DNA of 64,000 nucleotides from Thermoproteota archaeon. GTDB taxonomy: Archaea > Korarchaeota > Korarchaeia > Korarchaeales > Korarchaeaceae. Below are positions 57,333-64,000 of this stretch, one piece after another. Under the pieces are notes generated by a model. That model saw nothing but the letters and a program-made list of their open reading frames with translations. It did no database searches and was not told the origin of the DNA. Position numbers and translations under genes: made by a program. Each line of letters opens with the position of its first letter. Within the stretch, counting starts at the first letter, position 1. Where the stretch lies: assembly GCA_027492205.1 (NCBI GenBank), contig JAOZFN010000014.1:1-64000 (forward strand), in the 5' to 3' direction.

Positions 57333-58700
57333 TCACGGCCTCCATCCAACGACCTCCCTAGACAAGAATCTGAGGAGAGACTCCAGCTTGAGATATGAGA
57401 GCCACAGGGAGTAGGCAACGTGGTAGGGAACGGTCCAGGGAATGAGATCCGCCCTCCCCTTCGACGCCAGAACCGTCGACGTCACGATGATCCCCGGGAC
57501 GTGCTGGAGCGGTAGGAAGGCGAGGAAGGCCAGAGATATCACCTTGAGCGGCACGGATCCCAGGAGCAGACCGACTCCGGTGAGCCTCGAGATCAGGAGG
57601 GCGAGCGGCACGGCCACGTATCCCAACACGCCCAGCGAAGGGAGTAGATACTCGACCAGGATCAGGTACGCGAAGAGGGCGACTCCCACGGCCCCCCGCC
57701 TCAGGCTGAGTATCATCTCCGGGTACTTGGAGAGGACCTGCAGCCCCCCGACGAACCACCTCACCCTCTGGGACCTCAGCTCCCGAGCGCTCCTCACCGG
57801 CTTGGTCCAGGCGACGGCCTGGGGCGCGTAAACCACCCTGTAACCCCTCCTCCAGGTCGAAAGGGACACGTCAAAGTCCTCCGCAACGGTGTCAGGTGGA
57901 ATCAGACCCATCTCCCTCAGTAGGGACCCCTTGTAGATCCCCATGGCCCCCGGGGTTATGAGCACCCACCCCATGTAGTCCTGGACCGTCTTCCCGAGCC
58001 AGTAGGAGGCGGCGTACTCTATCTCCTGCATCCTCTGCAGGAAGGAGGGCCTGATCGACGGGGCCACCCTCACGTCCCCGGAGGCGGCGCCCACGTCCTC
58101 AGCTCGGAGGGCGTCAACGGCCGCCCGGGCCGCCCACCTGGACAGCACGGTGTCCGCGTCCGTGGTTATTATCACCTCCCCCCTGGCCGATGCTATGCCC
58201 AGGGTCAGGGCCTCCGCCTTTCCCCTGTTCTCGGGGTTGACCAGAACCCTGGCCCCAGCGGCGCGAGCGACTTCGGCCGTTGAGTCCGTGGATCCGTCGT
58301 CCACCACTATGACCTCCAGCCTGTCTTGGGGGTAGTCCTGCCTGAGCGCGCCCTTGACGGCCAAACCGACGGAGAGTTCCTCGTTGTAGGCGGGGATGAC
58401 CACCGACAGGCTCGGCGGGTCTCCCCCGTCTTGGATCACGTCGGTGGGGCGGGACCTCACGGCTGCAAGCCAGACCAAGAACAGGAATAGGTAGACGGAG
58501 ACCAGGAACGCCCCGAGGAGGAGGAACAGGGAGATCACCACAAGGCGTACCTGGTCTGGAGGGGCATCCGGGTAGACCAGGGAGACCAGCCACGGGATGG
58601 CCCTGGTCAGGAACACCCCGTGGGCGGCGGTCCCCCCCACGCTGCCCGCGAGGGCAACCGCGTAGACTGCCCTCCTCCTCCAGCGCCCACCAGAGCTCAA
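57333..58700 (-). CDS. Processive GT2 glycosyltransferase (IcaA/PgaC-like polysaccharide synthase)
   Basis: IPAYNEE, DDGSTD, GKA, TDAD, AEDFD, QRVRW; N- and C-terminal TM helices. Confidence 0.9.
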   Translation of the reverse strand: MSSGGRWRRRAVYAVALAGSVGGTAAHGVFLTRAIPWLVSLVYPDAPPDQVRLVVISLFLLLGAFLVSVYLFLFLVWLAAVRSRPTDVIQDGGDPPSLSVVIPAYNEELSVGLAVKGALRQDYPQDRLEVIVVDDGSTDSTAEVARAAGARVLVNPENRGKAEALTLGIASARGEVIITTDADTVLSRWAARAAVDALRAEDVGAASGDVRVAPSIRPSFLQRMQEIEYAASYWLGKTVQDYMGWVLITPGAMGIYKGSLLREMGLIPPDTVAEDFDVSLSTWRRGYRVVYAPQAVAWTKPVRSARELRSQRVRWFVGGLQVLSKYPEMILSLRRGAVGVALFAYLILVEYLLPSLGVLGYVAVPLALLISRLTGVGLLLGSVPLKVISLAFLAFLPLQHVPGIIVTSTVLASKGRADLIPWTVPYHVAYSLWLSYLKLESLLRFLSREVVGWRP

Positions 58701-60139
58701 AGGGCGGTCCCTCCGACGGCCCTCCTAAGGGCGTCGCTCGGGTACAGCTCGGTCAGGCCCCCGACATCCGCGGCGGCGACCGCCCCTATGTCTACCAGCC
58801 ACCTAACCAGCCTGACCACCCTCTCGAGCGGAGCCCCCATCTCCACGGCAATCTCCTCCGGCGTGAGCCCCGGCCTCTCAGAGATGAGGGTCAGCACCCT
58901 CCAGGTGAGCGGGTCGGCGGCCAGGCTCATGGCCAGGACCAGCTCCCTGTCCCTGGGGTGGAACCAGAGCCTCCCGACCCCCCTGACCACCGCCGAGTCG
59001 ATCAGCCCGCAGGCCTCCATGGCTGCCAGCCTGACCTTCGTGGGAATCCTGCACCCCTCACACTCCGCCTCCAGCTCGGGGAGAGACCTCCCAGGGGCGT
59101 CGAGGATCAGGGAATACAGCTTTCCACTGGACCTGTCGGCCCTGAGCACCTTCCTCAAGATGGGCCTCAGGGGCATCAGGGCTGCCACGCCCGCGGCGTA
59201 GGGCGCGTAGCCGACCAGCGTCGCGCCCAACAGGGCCGCGTAGGATAGGCTGGCGAACCACGCCACCCCCCTGGGAGTCGCGATGGACGCCGCCGCGGAC
59301 CTCACCAACGCCGCCGCCCTGTCCCACGCTGGCGGGGGTCTGGGCACCACGCCCTCCTCGGCCGCCGAGAGAGCGCGACCGACCAGCTCCAGGATCCCCC
59401 CGGATTTGACCTTCGACTCCACGACCGGGACCACCGGGTTGAAGGCCAGCGTGAGCACCGCGCCCCCGCCAGAGCGGCAGGCGACGATGGCGGGTGAGCC
59501 GTCCGCTTCTGACGTGGCGAGGACCGAGCAGTTGGAGGATGGTCTCAGGTTCGCCCACCACAGGGAGGGGTCGTAGCTCGCCGTCACCGACCCCCCTACC
59601 TCGTGGATAGTCACAGTCCCGGTGCCGGTGTTCAGCGAGGTGAGCTCAACTCCGGTCAGCTCCTCGAGAGGGGGAGACCAGCTCTGCGAGTAGGTGTTTA
59701 GGCCCACCAGCAGGACCCTCCCCTCGCCCACCACCCGGCCGAGGGCTCGAATCTCCTCCTCGGTGATTGCCCCGCCCTCGGTCCAGGGGACGTTCAGGTC
59801 TGGGATCCAGATTTCGGAGAAGCCTCTCAGGAACCAGGTGTCAGACAGCCTCTCCCTCTCTTCGTCCGCCCCCGAGTACTCAGAGCCGAGGTAGAGGACC
59901 TCAACCCTGATCTCGCGACCCTCTGCCTCAGACAGCGAGCCGGCCAGCTCCTTCCCGAACCTGACGTCCTCGACGTCTGAGGCTACCAGGAGGACGCTGG
60001 GGGGAGGGGTCTGCCCACCCCTGGTCTCACTTCCCCCCTGGACCGCAGAGCCGGGGAGAAGCGCGCCCGCGACCAGGAGCACGGAGGCGGAGAGGGCGAT
60101 AAGCAGAAGAGGCCGAGGGGCTGACTGGGATCTGGACAA
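58697..60139 (-). CDS. Extracellular alpha/beta (GATase-like) domain + TM + tandem wHTH regulator, paralog 1
   Basis: Signal peptide, GGGAVLTLAFNPV, TM, APGRSLPEL and RPGLTPEEIAVEMG HTH units. Confidence 0.7.
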   Translation of the reverse strand: MSRSQSAPRPLLLIALSASVLLVAGALLPGSAVQGGSETRGGQTPPPSVLLVASDVEDVRFGKELAGSLSEAEGREIRVEVLYLGSEYSGADEERERLSDTWFLRGFSEIWIPDLNVPWTEGGAITEEEIRALGRVVGEGRVLLVGLNTYSQSWSPPLEELTGVELTSLNTGTGTVTIHEVGGSVTASYDPSLWWANLRPSSNCSVLATSEADGSPAIVACRSGGGAVLTLAFNPVVPVVESKVKSGGILELVGRALSAAEEGVVPRPPPAWDRAAALVRSAAASIATPRGVAWFASLSYAALLGATLVGYAPYAAGVAALMPLRPILRKVLRADRSSGKLYSLILDAPGRSLPELEAECEGCRIPTKVRLAAMEACGLIDSAVVRGVGRLWFHPRDRELVLAMSLAADPLTWRVLTLISERPGLTPEEIAVEMGAPLERVVRLVRWLVDIGAVAAADVGGLTELYPSDALRRAVGGTAL

Positions 60140-60210
60140 CTGAAAGCACCTCCCACAGGCTTCAGCCCCTCCCTCGCCCTCTTGAGGCAGGATGGAGCGA
60201 AGGAGGCGGC

Positions 60211-60903
60211 TCAGCGCTGGTCAGCCGCCTCCAGCCTCCTCCAGCCCAGTGGGGCCAAAATCAGTCCCAGGACGGCAGCCACGAACAGGGGGACCTCCGG
60301 AACCTCCTGCCCGTCTATCTTCACGCTATTCGCCGTTCCGTCGGAAGCAATCACTCCGTTCCCCGGGTACAGCCTGTCCCACTTGATCGCGAACTGCTCA
60401 ACGTAGGTGACGGAGATCTCGTCGCCCTCCTTGAGGCTCCCGTCTTCGGTGCTCCAGGTATAACCGTCGACCGTCAGCGTGGTGGCACCCCCCACCACAA
60501 CCTTGACGTTGTAGCTGTGCTCGACCCCACTACCGGTGCAATCGACGTCGAGGTAGCCACTCACCTCCTTCCCGCCGTTGACGCTCACCGACCCGTAGGC
60601 GCCTCCCTCCACGTGCAGCGCGCCCTGACTACCCGAGATGTACCCGTCCTTCCCCACCCGCTCAACCGTCACTGTCACGGAGTCCCCGGGGTTCACCTCC
60701 ACGGGCTTCCCGCTCACCTTTATGGTGCAACTCCCCGCCTTCTCGATTGTGGTCTTTCCTGTCACGAAGTATTTGTTGGATGGCTTCATGGCTTCGAGCC
60801 GGGCGCTGTACGTCTGCGCCTCTGCCATGGCCAGGGAGCCCACCAGCGCCGCCAGCACCAGCAGGGCCAGGCTCCTCCGGACGGACTTACCCAACCTCAT
60901 CAC
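60211..60903 (-). CDS. Secreted protein with PEF-CTERM-like sorting signal (archaeosortase substrate)
   Basis: Signal peptide; C-terminus EVPEVP-LFVAAVLGLILAPLG-WRR (motif, TM, basic cluster). Confidence 0.75.
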   Translation of the reverse strand: MMRLGKSVRRSLALLVLAALVGSLAMAEAQTYSARLEAMKPSNKYFVTGKTTIEKAGSCTIKVSGKPVEVNPGDSVTVTVERVGKDGYISGSQGALHVEGGAYGSVSVNGGKEVSGYLDVDCTGSGVEHSYNVKVVVGGATTLTVDGYTWSTEDGSLKEGDEISVTYVEQFAIKWDRLYPGNGVIASDGTANSVKIDGQEVPEVPLFVAAVLGLILAPLGWRRLEAADQR

Positions 60904-61451
60904 CCCTCATCACCTCCACCAGGCTCTCGGGGCCGTCCATTAAAAGGAGTCTGGCGCGCGGCGCTAACGGTCCCCCCGGTCGGCCCCCTCGCGGGGAGGA
61001 CGTCTCGGAGCCAGAGCCCCCACATGGTGATCGCGACGACGAGCAGGAGCGCCCCGCCGACGACCCTGTGGGCCAGCCCCACCGCCACCTCCCCGAACGC
61101 CTTGTAGGCCAGCAGGGTGGCGGCGAGCCTCGCCAGGTTGGCCAGGTACAGGGCGGCGAGGCCCTCCGCAACCCCCCAGGCCTTGGCCCTCCACCCGACC
61201 CCGGGGGCGGGCGCGATGAGCGAGGCGTAGAGGGTCATGGACATGGCGCCCGAGCACTCAGCCGTTATGACTATGGACGGCCCCCCTCGCAGGGTCACGA
61301 TCCCGGGACCCGTGACGGCGGACCCCACCCCGACCAGGGAGAGCAGCCAGGCCGTGTGTTTCGCCTCCACGAGCAGTATCGCGTCAGAGGACCTCCAGAA
61401 GGCCAGTGTCAAGCCGGCCATGGCGACGCAGAAGCCGGCGACGTATCTCAG
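60900..61451 (-). CDS. Archaeosortase/exosortase family protein
   Basis: Catalytic pattern ITAECSG...ANLARL...LAHR. CTG start at 61451 overlaps the upstream stop and adds MRYVAGFCVA. Confidence 0.85.
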   Translation of the reverse strand: MRYVAGFCVAMAGLTLAFWRSSDAILLVEAKHTAWLLSLVGVGSAVTGPGIVTLRGGPSIVITAECSGAMSMTLYASLIAPAPGVGWRAKAWGVAEGLAALYLANLARLAATLLAYKAFGEVAVGLAHRVVGGALLLVVAITMWGLWLRDVLPARGPTGGTVSAARQTPFNGRPREPGGGDEG

Positions 61452-62773
61452 GACGAGCCGTCCGCCCCCTGCCTGCCGAGCAGCCAGCGCTCGATCACCT
61501 CCCTTGCCCAGTCCGATAGGGACACGCTGACGGACCTACCGTTCCTGCTGACGGTCACTACGCCGTGAAAGGCCATGACGTCCACGTTCCTCTTCACGGT
61601 CGGGGCCGAGACGCCCAGCCTCCTGGCGAGCCCCCTCACGCTCTCCGGACCGTCGAGGAGTAGGGTCTCTGCCAACCTCCTCCTCACCTCGCTCGCGAGC
61701 AGGCTCCTCAGTCGGGCCTCGTTGGCCATCTCGGGCGGGTAGTATATCCTCCTCCCCAGAAACACGGTGGAGGACACCAGCCCCCTGCTCTCCAGGACGT
61801 AAAGGTGCCACCTGACCGTCGACTCCGGCTCCCCCAGCCTCGACGAGATCTCCCTCAGGTTCAAGCCGGGGTGCCTCCTCAGCAGGCTGAAGATGGCCGA
61901 CCTCTTGCCGTCCCTGAGGGCGTCTGCCCTACGTATCCTAACGACCAGGGACGCGATCAGGGCCTTCCCCCTCCTGGATCTCCTCACCAGCTCCCCCGTG
62001 CCCAGCCCTCCGGCGAGGGCGACGGCGCCGATCAGGGCGGGTGGGGCCGGGTGAGGCCTGGACGTCGCCCTGAGCAGGAGCTCCTCGGTCACCCTCACGA
62101 GGTCCCTGTCTCCAGAGTCCCAGTAGGGCCAGACCGGGTTGAAGGCCAGGGCGAGCACCGCCCCGCCGCCGCACCTCGCCAAGACAGCAGCGGGGCCTCC
62201 GTCTCTGAACCTCGCGAGCACCTCCCCGTCGGTGAACTTCAGCTCGGCTCGACCGTAACTGGCCGGATCGTATTCCACCCCTCCCAGGCCCCCGCTGGGA
62301 CTGAACTCAAGCTCGATCAAGTCGCCCCCGGTTTTGGGGAAGTCCCAGGGGAGTGTCAAGAGTCCCTCGAGCGCGCCCAGGTAGAGGAGGGTGTTTGCGT
62401 CCGCGACCAGCAGGCCGCCCCCCTCGACGTACGACCTGATCGCCCGGGCGACCTCGGGCGGCATGTCCCTCCCGTTCCAGTCGAGGATCACCAGGGCGTT
62501 TGGACGCAGGGAGGACCAGTCTTCGATGTCGCCCGCCCAGGCGACGCGGAGTGGGATGCCGAGAGATTTCAACTCGATTGCGAACCTAAAATCTGGCTCG
62601 TCCAGGGCCACAAAAAGCAGTTCACCGCCGACGGCTGAGGAGGCGCTGATCCCGGCCGACAGCAGGCCCAGCAGGATGCCCAGCGAGAGCGCCCTCGCCA
62701 GCCCCTTCCGGCCGATGGAAATCGGCACAAGATCTGTTGCGGCGGCGCTCTTTTTATTCGTTTTCGCCGCCAA
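61448..62773 (-). CDS. Extracellular alpha/beta (GATase-like) domain + TM + tandem wHTH regulator, paralog 2
   Basis: YVEGGGLLVA, VLARFRDGGPAAV, GGGAVLALAFNPV, TM, HPGLNLREIS...TVRWHL and SVRGLARRLGVSAPTV. True start uncertain. Confidence 0.78.
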   Translation of the reverse strand: MAAKTNKKSAAATDLVPISIGRKGLARALSLGILLGLLSAGISASSAVGGELLFVALDEPDFRFAIELKSLGIPLRVAWAGDIEDWSSLRPNALVILDWNGRDMPPEVARAIRSYVEGGGLLVADANTLLYLGALEGLLTLPWDFPKTGGDLIELEFSPSGGLGGVEYDPASYGRAELKFTDGEVLARFRDGGPAAVLARCGGGAVLALAFNPVWPYWDSGDRDLVRVTEELLLRATSRPHPAPPALIGAVALAGGLGTGELVRRSRRGKALIASLVVRIRRADALRDGKRSAIFSLLRRHPGLNLREISSRLGEPESTVRWHLYVLESRGLVSSTVFLGRRIYYPPEMANEARLRSLLASEVRRRLAETLLLDGPESVRGLARRLGVSAPTVKRNVDVMAFHGVVTVSRNGRSVSVSLSDWAREVIERWLLGRQGADGSS

Positions 62774-62867
62774 TCGTACTCAGCGAACGCCGAATCCCGG
62801 CGAGTGGGGAAATCGGATCGGGCCGGGGAGACCCCACCAATGGACAGATTGGCGGGGGAGTGAGTCG

Positions 62868-63617
62868 TCATATCTTCCCCGTCAGCCTGGCCCTGAGGGT
62901 CATCCTCTTGAGCTCGGCGATCAGGCTCCCCGGCCTGATGTGCTTGGGGCACACCTCGGCGCACGCGTAGACCTGGTGGCACCTCCAGACTCCGGAGGCC
63001 TCGCTGTCTGCCACCAGGAGCCTCAGGGGCTTCACGTCGTCCCTCTCCCTAGAGTCCACCGCGAACCTGTACAGCTGGGTCAGCGCCGCGGGCCCCAGGA
63101 AGAGCGGGTCCGTCGCGGCCACCGGACACGCGGAGACGCAGGCCCCGCACCATATGCAGTCGGAGGGGGACTTGTACCTCTCGAACTCCATTGGGGAGAC
63201 CCTTGGCTCTCGCACGCCCTCCCTCGGGTAGAGGTAGGGCATTACGGCCTCCATCTGCCTCAGGAACGGCTCTATGTCCACGACGAGGTCCTTGAGCACC
63301 CGGAAGTGGGCCAGGGGCTCCACCTTCACCCTCCTGCCCAGGTCCGCGATCTGGGTCTCGCAGGCCAGCCTCTGCACCCCGTTTATCATCATGGCGCAGG
63401 AGCCGCAGATCTTGGCCCTGCAGCTGTACCTGAACGACAGGGTGGGGTCGAGCTCCTGCAGGATGTAGAGCAGCCCGTCGAGGACCGTCATGCCCCTCCG
63501 GTAGGGGACCTCGTACTCCACGTAGTAGGGGGCCCTGTCCCTCCTAGGGTCGAATCGGAAGACTGTGAACCTGACGGTCTCGCCCTCCCGAACCCGCCCG
63601 GGCATTCGCCGACTCAC
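62868..63617 (-). CDS. sdhB: Succinate dehydrogenase/fumarate reductase iron-sulfur subunit
   Basis: SCRAKICGSC..LAC, CIWCGACVSAC, CHQVYACAEVCP. Confidence 0.95.
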   Translation of the reverse strand: MSRRMPGRVREGETVRFTVFRFDPRRDRAPYYVEYEVPYRRGMTVLDGLLYILQELDPTLSFRYSCRAKICGSCAMMINGVQRLACETQIADLGRRVKVEPLAHFRVLKDLVVDIEPFLRQMEAVMPYLYPREGVREPRVSPMEFERYKSPSDCIWCGACVSACPVAATDPLFLGPAALTQLYRFAVDSRERDDVKPLRLLVADSEASGVWRCHQVYACAEVCPKHIRPGSLIAELKRMTLRARLTGKI

Positions 63618-63624
63618 CCCCTCC

Positions 63625-64000
63625 TCAGTACCTCCTCTCCGTGGGCTGCCACTTGGTGATCACCACCGGCTTGTAGTCGAACTCCGGCCCGTCCGGCGTG
63701 TAGAAGGCCAGCGTGTGCTTAAGCCATTTCTCATCGTCTCTCTTCGGGTAGTCCGTGCGGTAGTGCCCGCCCCTGCTCTCCGTACGCCTCAGCGCGCCCT
63801 CGGCCACCACCAGCGCCACGTCGAGCATCCCCTCAATGATGAGGGCGTCCAGCAGGCCCTGATTGAACGGCCCGGGCGGAGCCGGGACACCGGCACTCTC
63901 CCGATACTCCTTTCTCAGCCTCCTGATGGTCTCCACACCCTTCCTGAGACGCTCCTCATCCCTGAAGATCCCCACGTAGTCCCACATGGCCTGCTGCATG
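63625..64000 (-). CDS. sdhA: Succinate dehydrogenase/fumarate reductase flavoprotein, C-terminal part (truncated by window edge)
   Basis: MWDYVGIFR, RTESRGGHYRTDYPKRDD..WLKHT. Confidence 0.93.
   Translation of the reverse strand, partial: MQQAMWDYVGIFRDEERLRKGVETIRRLRKEYRESAGVPAPPGPFNQGLLDALIIEGMLDVALVVAEGALRRTESRGGHYRTDYPKRDDEKWLKHTLAFYTPDGPEFDYKPVVITKWQPTERRY

Overview
GC-rich DNA from a thermophilic archaeon (TACK/Korarchaeota-like; inferred from AGG-Arg and ATA-Ile usage, TATA-like promoters, GGAGG/GGTG RBSs and gene content). No rRNA, tRNA, CRISPR array or intact IS element was recognised. Housekeeping and energy genes: intein-containing class II ribonucleotide reductase with CobO, ThiI, a TusA-DsrE-SQR sulfur cluster, a P1B ATPase, an XPB-like helicase, Rieske/cytochrome b, and sdhAB. 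Accessory content: three toxin-antitoxin pairs plus a PIN relic, large surface proteins (several decaying), and collapsed relic copies of nearby genes. The best candidate for an undescribed system is at 52.2-62.8 kb, a putative archaeal biofilm-matrix locus. It contains a TasA/DUF1102-like fibre subunit, a SipW-type signal peptidase fused to a second copy of that subunit plus a lamin-tail domain, a double glycoside hydrolase, a processive GT2 synthase, an archaeosortase with an adjacent VPEVP substrate, and two paralogous extracellular-sensor/TM/double-wHTH regulators. A second candidate (9.2-13.1 kb) is an operon of a WD40 surface receptor, a protein with an ESCRT-III-like winged helix, and an HExxxH peptidase. 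All family calls come from motif recognition by eye; no database searches were run.
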